DNA from: Octopus sinensis
Lineage: Eukaryota
Assembly (NCBI RefSeq): GCF_006345805.1
Contig: NC_043012.1
Span: 39,494,001-39,558,000 of the forward strand
Length of the DNA stretch: 64,000 nt
Direction of reading: 5' to 3'
Shown: in pieces, positions 13,309 through 28,078 of the stretch
Numbering within the stretch: position 1 is the first letter of the stretch
Layout: every line of letters starts with the position of its first letter
Made by a program: the position numbers and the translations under genes
The notes under the pieces: generated by a model
Database searches by the model: none
What the model was told of the DNA's origin: nothing
What the model saw: the letters and a program-made list of their open reading frames with translations, nothing else

Positions 13309-14149
13309 GGTGGGGAAAGATCATGGGGATAGGAAGAGACTTTGGGATCGAACTTTGTGGTAACTGTAACGATAAACATGAAACTAGACTTCCATGTTAA
13401 TAGAAATATAGTTGTTGGTGGCGATAGAAGTGCTGGTACCGCTTGTGGCGGTTTTGGTAATGTTGTTTACTACAAGATTAGCCATGAGTGAACTGACCTA
13501 CAAGGAAAGACATTCTGTCAATGACCTTCACACATTTAAGTGTATTTACCATTACATTTTCCAAAGATTTTCCTTCATTTATTTTTAAAGTCTGTACCTG
13601 TGGTTTCAGGAAACATGGCGACTACTTTTACAAGGTCACATGACCGCGTAAACCAACGACGGCAAAGAAGAGCCAGGTTGTTTCATGATGTTGTTACTGT
13701 TGTTGTTTTCCACCAGGCCAGTCATAATTGAACAGATCTAACATCAAAGACAGCCCATCAATGACTATCCCGTGTATTATATGTTTCTATAGTTAAATTC
13801 TAGACTGTGTCCTTCGCTATTTTCAAATTTCGTGTGCTCTGCATTTATTTTCGCTGCAATTTGAAATGGAATGTGGTCAGTATTTTTCTGTAAGATTAAC
13901 AGCGTTGGAAACGAACTAATCTATGTCAGCTCTTTCTCCATCATCTCTCTCTTTCTCCCTCTCTCTTGGAGGTTGGCGGAAAAGGTTTGCTATACACTGT
14001 CACTATACATTAGGATCTTTAATCATTGATGATTAATCCGTTTCCCGATATTTTTAGGGGCGGATTCTTGTCATAGCACAGTAATGTTCAGGAGAGAATC
14101 GATTGAGTAGAGTAATTAGTGGGTTTGGAATTGAGTTGAAAACAATGTA

Positions 14150-15290
14150 GTTGAGAACAGGAGAGATGAATACATTTGTAGTAAAGGGGGCACGATACCA
14201 GTCAACACAGAGAAGTAGTAACTATAGTAGGTGCAGTGGAAAATACAAAGGTAGAAGGCAGCACGTTTGTGGGCCGAAGTTTGGAGGGTGCTGGTCCCTG
14301 ACATTACGCAAGTCACTCGAATGGTCTTTCTCTGGATGTCTTCTCGGATGTATGTTGTATGAGCAGCAGCTTCTTCAAACCTAAAGTGGCTCCATTCCTC
14401 TATCGTGGGTCCCACCTGGACTGTGAGCATGGTCAGTAGTTGTAAGGGACTGAAATAGTTTCGGCTCTGATGAAGAGAAGAAGGTCAGTCTTTTTAAGTG
14501 AAGTTTGGCTCCAAATGAAGGATACATTTTCTTCAAGAGAATGTCCTCAGAGATGATGCTTCTAGCATTTTTCGTGACTTCAAGTGTTTTAAATATGTGA
14601 TGTTTATGTTTAAGTTTAGAATGTAAAGGGCCAAAAAAGTTTATTTTATAAATATACGATTGTTTCTGTGTAGTAGCGAAGGAAGCAAAATTAATTTGAC
14701 TCTATTGAAGGACATTTCAGAGCAACTCTTCATGGTGCTGGTGGAAATTTGGTAATAGTGTCTTTGACATACGTACATCTTTGTGAGCGGATGTTTAGGG
14801 AAGTATTAAGATTTGTATCATCTGTGTAAAATGGGGCTTTCCTGGTAAGAGCAAGGAAGCCGTTGATGTATAAGAGAAAGGGTATGGGGTATATGACCAA
14901 CTTTGCATCACACTACAGTGTACAGAGTATAACTCGTAGAAAGCTCCTTGAGCAGAAAACACGAAAGTGTACTATGGCAAGAATCCTCTCACAGAAGAAT
15001 CGAGGAATGGATTGAGTACATCAGCGGTAAGAAATCCTGAGGTATAGGGAAAGATACTCGTTGGTATTGAGTGTAAGGAAACATTTTCCGCCAAATTCCG
15101 GAAAGGAGTAAGAGAGAGCGCGTCAGAGAGAGAAGATAAAGTAGGAGGTGACTGGTTGGAAGCATAGACAAGTGCGTCTGCAGCCGATCTGTTGTTACGG
15201 AAATAACAAGATTGCTATTAAAGAGTAGAGTTTTAATGTGTTCATGTAGGTTGTTGTTATCTCCATTAACAGAGATTTTTAAAGTAAATG
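14150..15290 (-). pseudogene. CR1/L2 (Jockey-group)-like LINE ORF2 remnant
   Basis: Minus translation QVGPTIEEWSHF...AAAHTTYIREDIQRKTIRV resembles the post-RT region QVRP.MEY.SH.W.GA...LD.IQR.A.RLI; many stops and frameshifts. Confidence 0.6.
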
Positions 15291-15384
15291 AAGTAGGACA
15301 GCTTTTGGCAGGGACAAATTATAAATGATTCCTTTTATATAAATATATATGTATACATATTTGTGAGAGCATGTGTGTGTGCGC

Positions 15385-15429
<45 letters not shown>

Positions 15430-16003
15430 ATAAACACACACACATAGACGTGATATTTTATCTCGAAGACACAATTTGTTTTTAAAGTAAACAGATGCAC
15501 GTAAAAGCACAGCACATTGCCACATATTTGATAAATAAATAAACTGTATAAAGAGCAAAACATATTTACGATCTTCCTGGCTTTTCTGATGTAGACATTT
15601 TAAGATTCCTGTGTACATCTGGTTATCACAAACAGCAAACATCGTGTCCAGTAAGAGAACATTGACGTGTGTGTGTGTGTGTATTGGCGTATTTAACATG
15701 TTTGTTTATAATCGGACACGAAAAGAGATACTAGAGAGAGAGAAAGAGGGATAAAGTTGAAAAACAGAAATATACAGCCTCATTACCTTTTCTGTCTGTA
15801 TATATTCATCTGTGGCTGGTTGTACATAGGCGCAGGAGTGGCTGTGTGGTAAGAAGCTTGCTTACCAACCACATGGTTCCGGGTTCAGTCCCACTGTGTG
15901 GCTCCTTGGGCAAGTGTCTTCTACCATAGCCTCGGGCCGACCAAAGCTTTGTGAGTGGACTTGGTAGACGGAAACTGAAAGAAACCCGTCGCATACATAC
16001 ATA

Positions 16004-16070
<67 letters not shown>

Positions 16071-16085
16071 ATGTATGTATGTATG

Positions 16086-16119
<34 letters not shown>

Positions 16120-16140
16120 TGTATGTATGTATGTATGTAT

Positions 16141-18178
<2,038 letters not shown>

Positions 18179-19121
18179 GTGTGTGTGTGTGTGTGTGTGT
18201 GTATGAATGAATGCATGTGTGTATATTTATAGCCTAATCGTGTTCCTGCATCATTATCACCTAATTCAGCTCACTTGGATTCCTCTTATAGCCACTATTT
18301 ACCCCGTGGTGCTTGTCCTCGATAAAGTTTTTGAAGTCTATATTCAAATCATTTGAGCATTACTACATGTCTTCTATATTGAACGTATCTATCTCTTACT
18401 TTTTGGCTTTGTATGTGTGCGTATGCATGTATATATATATGTATATATATATATATCGGTGTCATGTTCTTACTTAACTAGCGCTGAATTAAACATTAAG
18501 CGGAATAAGCACATGCAAAGGGCATCAAGGGAAGGAGGGGGCACCACAGAGATGAAAATGGTTTTCGGCACGAAAGAAATGTATTCAAACTTGCTAAGAT
18601 ATTATTCGTAATGTCTTATCTTTATTAAGTATAGAACCAGAAGTTTTATGTAAATGAATTTTAAGAATATCATCGAGGGTTTTGCAATTAAAACAAAAAG
18701 AGAGGAGAAAACTTCTCAAATCTAAATAAAGTGGAAGGATAGAAAAATAAACATTATTTTGCATCTTACTCTTAGTGTTGTTGCCTTTTGAAAAGTAAAA
18801 AATTATTTCATGATTTATTATTGGTTGCATTTTGAACCATTTACATAGAGTTGAGAGCACCAAAACTTTTTAACCGCTTAGGGCCCCTATGGGTCTAAAT
18901 CCGGCCCTGTACTCAACGTATGCGTGTTGCTTAAACGCATTTAGGCAGTGACATTTCCTCCAAGGAATGTCACTTGAAGACGTAGTGTGTTAGAATATAC
19001 ATACGTCATTAAAGTGACGTTTCCCGAAAGAAATATTAGTCTTAGAGCGTTTCAACATGCATAGACATCGACAAAGTTTATACCATTAGAACCGCTTCTA
19101 ACTCATTTGTGTATATATATA

Positions 19122-19159
<38 letters not shown>

Positions 19160-19774
19160 TGTGTATAAAAATTAATGTCGCTTCAATATACACAGATGCA
19201 CATAAATATGAAGATACATGCATACACGAGCGCATACATGGTGGTTTATTCAGCCCCTGTGGCATAAGCCCTGAAGGAGAATATTTGAAATCCTATTCAT
19301 ATCAAGATTATCATAAAATTTTAGCCTACTTAATGTATAGAGAATCATCATCAGTAAATGGTTTGCTAGTTTCCACAAGTTGATCGACAATACTTAATAA
19401 TGACCACATACGTGACAGAAGGGAAATGTGTAGTATCATACAGATTAGTTTTTCGTCATGAACAAGAGAATTTTGGAAGGCTTTCCTACTCAGCCAGATA
19501 GATCGAAGAGAATTGTAGAAAATGAAGGAGAGTTTATTTTAGAGTAAAAGAGAACTTTGTTTATCTTAAATTTGAAAATAAAAGAAGTATAAAAACCGCA
19601 TTATTTATAGGACGACCGAATATCATTCTATTTTTCTGGTTTAGAGTCGAAACACGCTAAGAATATTGGACACCACCTGACGACTCCCTCTCTTGGCCGA
19701 GACCTTCTGTCAAAAATAAGTGACTGATTCAACTGACATCCCTTGTGGAAATATGTTAATACCTTATAATAAGT

Positions 19775-19950
19775 AAGGCTGCGAGCTGACAGAATCGTTA
19801 CCTGCCGGACAAAATGTTTGCGGCACTTTTTCGTCTTTACGTTTTAGGTTCCAATTTTTTTTTGACTCGATAAAATGAATACGAGTTGAGCACCGGAGAT
19901 GATGTAATCGAATTCCCCGCCCTGTAAATTGTTAGTCTTGTGCCAAAATA
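19775..19950 (+). mobile_element. Degenerate SINE family B (only plus-strand copy seen)
   Basis: GGCTGCGAGCTGACAGAATCGTTA head, ends CTTGTGCCAAAAT. Confidence 0.6.
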
Positions 19951-20204
19951 TATATATATATATAAATATCATTAAATATATATTCAGTACCCTTGTTATC
20001 GGATTGTCATGTTAAGTGCAAAGCATAATTACTAAATACCAGAGCAAAGATTACAAAAGACTAAAGATACGCAGAGAGAAAAATGTATTGTTGTGAAGTC
20101 ATTAGGTCTGTCAGCTTTATAAAACAATGAATCATTCTGGCTGAATTAAAGTTACCATTTATAATTCAAGTGAGTATAATTAGTTGCTACTGCTGTTATT
20201 GCTG

Positions 20205-20261
<57 letters not shown>

Positions 20262-20757
20262 TTGTTACTACTATTATTGGTGCTGCTGATTTTGTTCCTC
20301 CCCTTGATCTCCTTTCTGCCGTTTCTTCAAATTATTGCTTTTCATTACTTAAGGACGTGTTTCTCTCTCGTCAATCATTAATTGATATTACGCTCTCTAC
20401 TGATCTGATGGTTTTCTATAAAGTATAAGTATGTCGAGTTCCAACAAATTGTTATTGGTATCGCGAGGCCTACACAGAATCATATATATATATATATATA
20501 TATACATACGCACACAAACTCAAACATTAACTTTCTCAGTCTCTATATACACGCATATATGAACTATATATGCACATTATTTGTGTGTTTGTATATTTTA
20601 TACGCACGTATTCCCTTTCCTCTCTCTCTCTCTCATATGTGAGCGTGTTAATATACATATTTATATATATATTTGCACACATATATTTTACGCACACACA
20701 CACACACATATACACGTACACATACTCACACATTAATTTTCGCTGTCTCTCTCTATA

Positions 20758-20817
<60 letters not shown>

Positions 20818-21810
20818 TTGTGTTTGTATGTATATTTTATATGCACGTATTTCCTCTCTCATACGTATATAAATATATAAAGAGATAGCTAGATAAATAT
20901 TAAGTACACATACACACACTTAAACACACACTAAGAGAAAAATTGCTACATACAATACATATTTTAAAACCGGGTGGAGAGAAGAAAAATGCTGAGATCC
21001 CACGTATCTCTGATTTTAAAATAAAAGTCGCTTTGCACTCAACATTCAATCTCTACTTTTACTTAGAATAATGACCTTGTAAGTTCACACAGCTAAGTGA
21101 CCTGATCTGATAAAGAATGAATAACTGAGCTATTGACAGAACACAGTACCGAAAACATATTCCTGGGATTTTTTTTTTTTTCTCTTTTCGATGTCTTACT
21201 TTTTCATGCCGGATTTAATCCCTTCAACTTCACCAGTATCATTTTGTGAATTTAACTTTTGAGAATAGTTAAACAAGTTTACGTCCTGAATTACAACTTG
21301 GCGTTACGAACCTATGACTGATTCTCTCGAACAAACAATTAGAGAACCTCTGGCGGAAATAACTAAATCTGCAAGAAATAGCAAATCACCCTCGAAGATG
21401 ATTCTATCATATTGAATAAAAGAATTACACATCGAATAATATATTCCTTATGCAAAAAGAAAAGGAAGAAACGAAAAGATTTTCACGGCTGGATTTCTTC
21501 TTCAATGTATTTCATCAGGGCTGATTTAGGTTGAAACAACAACAACAACAACAACTCAGCAAGCTGTGACTTTTATACACACAAACACAAAACATATTAT
21601 TTACCTTTCTTTAGAAATTAATGAAGCTGACAGATTCAATTAATATTGCCTAGTGATTAATTAATATTTAGTGCATTTATAGATCGAACTTTTTCTATCG
21701 ATTGTTGTATAATATATTTGTTTTCGGATTTTTTTTCCAATCACCAATCAATCTCTGTCTGATGTCCTAACATTTATTTCCGTTATCTAGTCTCTTGATT
21801 TGTTTTTACG

Positions 21811-21869
<59 letters not shown>

Positions 21870-21893
21870 TAGATAGATAGATAGATAGATAGC

Positions 21894-21960
<67 letters not shown>

Positions 21961-22199
21961 ACACTTATATATATATACAAACATATATAGTTGGTCAATA
22001 TCTATTAAAACATCGATAATTTGTTTTTATTCAACCACTTATGTCTACTAGAATGTTTCACTACATCTACCGAATTTGTAATTCATAAAAAGCACTTAAA
22101 ATATTTTGTTTCCTCATCTATCAAATATAAAATACAGCATAAAATAAAATCATATAAAATTTAATAGAATATATAAAAGAAATAAAAATCTTTCCATTA

Positions 22200-22580
22200 A
22201 AATAGTTAATGTCGGTGGGTCTAAGGTAAAAGACAGAGAGGTGTGGGTAAGATCAGTGTCGGTGGGTGTAAGGTAAAGACATTGAAGAAGCTGTGGGTAA
22301 TAGTGTTGAGACAGATAAAGAGAGCGGAGACGTTGTGGGTATGATCAATACTTGTGCAACTATGGTAAAGAGAGGGGAGATGCTGAGGATAAAGTTCATG
22401 GTGGTGGCTCTATGGTAAAAATAGCGGAGAAGGTGAGTAAGGTCGGTGTTGATGGAACTAAGGGAAACAGAGCAGAGAAGCGCTGGCCAGTGTTGTTGAA
22501 TATATGGTAAGCGAAGCCAGTAGTGGTGGGACTGAGGTAAAGAAAGCCAAGAAGCTGTGGGTTAGGCCAGATGTACTAAG
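22200..22580. repeat. Degenerate ~45-53 bp minisatellite
   Basis: Recurrent GGTAAAG...GA-G-TGTGGGTA...GTGT units, about 7-8 copies. Confidence 0.5.
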
Positions 22581-22860
22581 ATAATTCTGCGTTTAATGGT
22601 TTTTATGGTTTATAGTTTTGTAAGGTGATGTACGAACAGTGTTGTATAGTGATGTAGTTGCATGACGGTGCAGCATGTACGGTGTTGTGTGATGGAGTAT
22701 GGGAGTATTTCATGATGGAATATAGTGATATATGACGAATAGTAGTGAATTGTGGTGCATGATGTTTGGCGTACAAAATATGATAGTATTTCGAGGTTGT
22801 AATGTATAGCGTGATATTAAATGGCGCTGTGTGAGGAAATTCATTTTCATTTATCGATAA

Positions 22861-23397
22861 TATTGCGTTGTCCAGAAAGTTCGTGCCGATTCTTGAAGGA
22901 AAGAAAAAAAGTCAATAAATACTTGCCATTACATTTTTAATCAACCAGATATGAACCATTTTGTTGCATATTGCGTCTCCATCTTTCTTTTAACTTGAAA
23001 ATACCCTCTTCCCAGAACTGAGGCGGTTTCACGGCAAAGAATTCACCAAGGTATCTTTTTACGTCATCCAAGAAATTGACATTTTTACAATTAAGACTAT
23101 TCTGCAGAGACCTGAATAAGTGGAAATCCGAAGGAGCAATATCTGGTGAATATGGAGGGTCGGGTAACACATCCCAGCCGGGCTGCAGCAATTTTTATCT
23201 GGTTCCCAAAGCATCAAGTGCCGAAAATGGACTTTTTCATCTTCCATTTTAAAGGGTTACAGAATTATCACAGGTTATAAGGAACATAAACATAAACATA
23301 AACTGGGGGTATAGTCAAATTCTATTTTATGCACTCAACCATGTTCTAAAATAAGTCTAAAGGTAAGCTACTATAAGTCGGCATTAACAATCCAATA
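22861..23397 (-). mobile_element. Internally deleted mariner transposon
   Basis: N-terminus MEDEKVHFRHLMLWE fused to C-terminus ...PPYSPDIAPSDFHLFRSLQN...; TA plus TIR at 22861-22892; degenerate opposite TIR at ~23375-23397. Confidence 0.85.
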
Positions 23398-23404
23398 CAT
23401 AGCT

Positions 23405-23880
23405 ACATTGTCGGGAATTTTCAGAGGGAGTAAAACATACACTCGCAATATCACGGCTTGCCTATCGCGCCGGCAGTACAACGCGGATTTTTCTGGCTAA
23501 TATATGTAAATTTATATCACGGACTTCTCAATATATTACGGGTTTCTGCGGCCGATATGTATTTACAATTTTCTAGATTTTAATTATTTTTGTAGTAAAA
23601 TAAGCATTTTCGCGATTAAGTAATTAATAAAGGATAATATAGTACAGGACAGTACTGTATAACACAATAATTAGAATATATTACAAGAAAATACGTAGAT
23701 GAGTAAGCAAAAATTCGCATATACTGTATGGTAAACGAAATATGGGAGGTGAGTGTGGGTGTCGTTTTGCATTTTAACAAAATAAATATATACAAATCAT
23801 AAACCTCTTTAAAAATCATATACAGTAGAGTAATGTTTCTACTTCGCGGATTTTCACATCTGGCGTAACACCCGCGATGT
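23405..23880. mobile_element. Degenerate Tigger/pogo-like MITE
   Basis: CTATCGCG and CGCGGATTTT motifs shared with 59636-59899. Confidence 0.4.
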
Positions 23881-23935
23881 ATTTATGTATAGATGTATGT
23901 AATATGTATGTATATATGTATGTATACATGTATGT

Positions 23936-24002
<67 letters not shown>

Positions 24003-24333
24003 AATATATGTATGTATATATCTATGTATATCTAGATATGTATGCATGTATATATGTGTATGCATGTATATATGTGAGTATATAATATATTATATATATA
24101 TATATGTGTATATATGCTTGTATATATGTATCTATATGGGTACGTATATTATATATATGGTGTGTGCATATATGTATATGTGTATATATATGTGTGTGTG
24201 CATATATGTATATGTGTGTTTATATATACGTGTATATATATATATTATATGTATATATATATGTATATATATGTATATATATATATATATGTATATATAT
24301 GTATATATATATGTATATATGTATATATGTATA

Positions 24334-24378
<45 letters not shown>

Positions 24379-25167
24379 GTATATATGTATATATGTATAT
24401 ATATATGTATATATGTATATATATATATATATGTATAATATATATATGTATATATATGTATATATGTATATATATATGTATATATGTATATATATATATA
24501 TGTATATATATATATGTATATTATATATGTATATAATATGTATGTATATATGTATATATATAATATGTATATATATGTATATATATATATGTATATATAT
24601 ATGTATATATATGTAATATATAAAAATGAGATAAGGGTTGTAAATTCAACCCTCAATGTAAATGTATTTCTATTTCTATTTCTATGTCTTGTTATATTTG
24701 TACTATATTAATGTATAATATCATTGCTATTGTGTAATGGTTTAATAAAGTATTGATTGGGTATTATCTGATGGTTGATGATTGATTTAGATATATTTCT
24801 CCATTTTCTCATTTTGTATATGTATATATATATATATATGTATATGTATATATATATGTATATATATATGTATATATATATATGTATATATATATATTTT
24901 TGTATATATATATTTATATATATATGCATATATATATATATATATATATGATATATATATGTATGTATATATATGTACATATATATGTATATATAAAACT
25001 TAGATAAAACGTAGATATGTTTCGACCAAAGATTGGTCCAGGCCATGTCTAACTTAATAGCACCACCTAATAGGATTATCTAAATCCTGTTTAAGTCAAG
25101 TTTTGTTTATGGTCCATTCAAATAATGTATATATATATATATGTATGCATATATATATGTATATATG

Positions 25168-25239
<72 letters not shown>

Positions 25240-25250
25240 GTATATATATA
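23880..25250. repeat. Long interrupted (TA)n/(TATG)n microsatellite
   Basis: Directly visible; source of several spurious ORFs. Confidence 0.9.
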
Positions 25251-25805
25251 GAATGGTTGTATACTGCCAATCTAACACGAACGTGACAGTAGGGGGGTAC
25301 ACCACCGCTGTATAGCCCTAGGAAGCATCGAACGCCTCCTGATGGCTTTGACACATTTTTCCCTGTGTCCTTATATACATTTACGAAGGGGAGACAAACA
25401 CGCCCGGCCGCCGAAGCTGCATCTAGGGACACGTGTTTCAGGATCATTGTCCTTCAGCGGCCTAGAGTAGCAGACACCGGTCAGCTGACCGGTGTCTGCT
25501 ACTCTTCGGCGGCCGGGGGTGTTTGTCTCCCCTTCGTAAATGTATATAAGGACACAGGGAAAATGTGTCAAAGCCATCAGGAGGCGTTCGATGCTTCCTA
25601 GGGCTATACAGCGGTTGCGTACCCCCCTACTGTCACGTTCGTGTTCGATTGACAGTATACGACCATTCTATCGCCCCACCACCGTACATGTATCTACGAG
25701 AGATTTAGAAATTCAGTATTTCTTATTTTGATAATCAGTGAATAGACTTCACTGAATTATAGATACATACAATTGCGAAGTCGAGACAAATATCACCAGC
25801 TGACC
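25249..25805. repeat. HHR-bearing repeat: inverted partial copy plus forward unit (fold-back axis 25484/25485)
   Basis: 25249-25484 is the reverse complement of 25485-25670; the forward unit lacks 49 bp relative to the other copies; unit ~364 bp when the deletion is restored. Confidence 0.85.
25423..25465 (-). ncRNA. Type I HHR, variant core
   Basis: CTAGG-CCGCTGA-AGGA(caatga)TCCT-GAA-ACACGTGT-C-CCTAG; palindromic helix III; core deviates at positions 4 and 6. Confidence 0.65.
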
Positions 25806-27433
25806 TATTTTTTTTGGAGTCGTTATTCTGGTGTGTTTGTTTTGAGTGCGTCATTGTGAAGAGGTTGTGAGTTCGAGTTCGTTGCTGGAGGAAGTGGTGA
25901 ATTTTATTTGGAGATTTTGAAAATGCAAGACCAGACGTATGCGAGAGCAGCAGGCAGAGGCCTGGTTGCGAGTGAACTAGAAATGGAAGAAGTGGTAGTC
26001 GAGAAGAAGACTTTAGAAAAATATTTCGACAGTTTGAAGAGGGAGGGTGACTGCGTGAGAGTCACACCGTCCGAAGAAGAAAACAACGCGGAGAAACGTA
26101 TGATAACATACAGGACATGGTGTGTGGCGTCAAGAAAAATAGAAGTAGCAGAGACGGAAGAAATAGAGAAATGTCTGCAAGGAATTGAGGGTGAACCTTC
26201 CTTTTTCAACAGAGGAAGGAAATATGCCACAGTGGTGGTACACTTTAAAAATGAAACTGAAGCAAGAAAGAATGCGACAAAAATTCTGAAATCGGAAAGT
26301 TGGACTTTATTACCTAGTTACTGCGGAAAGAGGGCAGTCAGAATAAGAATTAGTAGGATTTCGCCCGAACTTAACATGGAGAGGATATTAGCGGCAGTAG
26401 TTTTCAACTGTGGAGGTGGTGAAGGTGGAAAAGTCAACAGAAGTTAAGTGGTGGGGATATGCGGTAGACCTATACAACATCCCGGAGGAGTTGGTCTTCC
26501 CTGATGAGACACGGCTTAGAGTCGTGGTAGATGGAAGACCCCCAGTCTGTTATAATTGCAAATTAAGAGGCCACATGAAGGATGTGTGCCCGCTGGAGAA
26601 AACGATAGCACCGGAGGCTGTAACGAAGGAGTGGAAAGATACGTGTGTGGAGGAGGGAAAAGTGCAGGAGGAAACGAAAGCAGTTGAGGCGCAAACGGAG
26701 GAGCAGCCAATTGAGGATGTGGAAGAAGAACGTGCAAGTGCAGAGGATGAAAGAACAAAAGATAGGAAGAGAACAAGGGTGGAATCACCACCGAAAGTTC
26801 TAAAAAATAAAAAAATAAAAAGCAAGATAACAGAAGAAAAAGAAGAGAGAACGTGCAAAGAAAAGGACGAACAGACAAAGACAGAGGTAAACCTAGAATG
26901 GAGAAAAAAAGTGAGAGAACAGTTGGATGTTTGTAAAAAGGGAAAAAGACCTGTAGGAAAATACCTGAAAGTATTCGTGTTGTACGTGAAAGACACAGAA
27001 GTGGAAAACAGACTTGCAGGTAGGAAAGGATTGATTAGGGTTAAATTACACCCAGAACTGCATGATGACGATGTGAAAGGGGTAGTTGTAGATAGAGGAA
27101 CATTTACTAAATTGAAAAGTATGTTTGATGAGGTTTATTTAACGTATTACGTATGTTATGACAATTTGCCAAATGTGATAGACCAGATGGAATTAACAAA
27201 GTACATGACGGACGAACGTCCAACAGAACTGGAATTTATGTAATTGTAAAATTGTAAAATGTAAAATTGTATTTTAAACGGAACTGCGAGTTGGGGGGCT
27301 CGTAAGCCGTTCCATCTAACTCATTACACATAATTCATCTTTATTTCATATTTTATTTTTACTTTATGTACCCCATATCCCGTCTTGTAATGTCCCCTCT
27401 GCATTCAGGCCATCGTGCCCATAATAAAGATAT
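25806..27433 (+). mobile_element. ORF1-only (HAL1-like) non-LTR retroelement
   Basis: Flanked by identical 17-mers AATATCACCAGCTGACC (25789-25805, 27434-27450); AATAAA at 27423-27428; no endonuclease or RT sequence seen. Confidence 0.75.
25923..27243 (+). pseudogene. L1/Tx1-type ORF1 (gag-like) protein with CCHC zinc knuckle, one frameshift near 26410
   Basis: ATG at 25923 (MQDQTYARAAG); two overlapping ORFs (25908-26447, 26410-27243); CYNCKLRGHMKDVC = CX2CX4HX4C at 26548-26589; E/K-rich region follows; ~439 aa if joined. Confidence 0.75.
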
Positions 27434-27736
27434 AATATCACCAGCTGACCGGTGTCTGCTACTCTAGGCCGATGAAGGACATTGATCCTGAAACACGTGC
27501 CCCTAGATGCAGCTTCGGCGGCCGGGGGTGTTTGTCTCCCCTTCGTAAATGTATATAAAGACACAGGGAAAAATGTGTCAAAGCCATCAGGAGGCGTTCG
27601 ATGCTTCCTAGGGCTATACAGCGGTGGTGTACCTCCCTACTGTCACGTTCGTGTTAGATTGACAGTATACAACCATTCTATCGCCCCACCACCGTACATG
27701 ACTCTACGAGAGATTTAGAAATTCAGTATTTCTTAT
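27434..27736 (+). repeat. Downstream copy of the ~364-bp HHR repeat (3' truncated)
   Basis: Near-identical to 25485-25726 and retains the 49-bp segment. Confidence 0.85.
27464..27506 (+). ncRNA. Type I HHR, variant core
   Basis: CTAGG-CCGATGA-AGGA(cattga)TCCT-GAA-ACACGTGC-C-CCTAG; U4 changed to C and U16.1 changed to C. Confidence 0.65.
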
Positions 27737-27748
27737 ATATACATATAT

Positions 27749-28031
27749 ATAGTTAATCCAAACAAGAAAACACAGAAAAAAACACAGCAACGCGAGGACG
27801 TGGAACAATTAAAGTATTATTTGACGCTCAGGAAAGAAGGGAAGGAGGGTTAAAGCAGCAGAAAATTCAACAAAACCTGTTACTCTGAGTTTCACCTTCC
27901 CGTTTGACGGACGTGAACGAACGGGAACGTGAAACTCAGAGTAACAGGTTTTGTTGAATTTTCTGCTGCTTTAAATAAAGTATATACTCTACCACTGGTA
28001 TTGAGTACTCTTTTTCCACCTTGTTTTCACA

Positions 28032-28078
<47 letters not shown>

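Noticed and set aside
26502-26540. CTGATGA followed by GAC...GTC inside ORF1
   Set aside because: No GAAA after the stem; it is coding sequence.
26516-26996. Minus-strand ORFs overlapping ORF1
   Set aside because: Shadow frames of the purine-rich E/K-coding plus strand.
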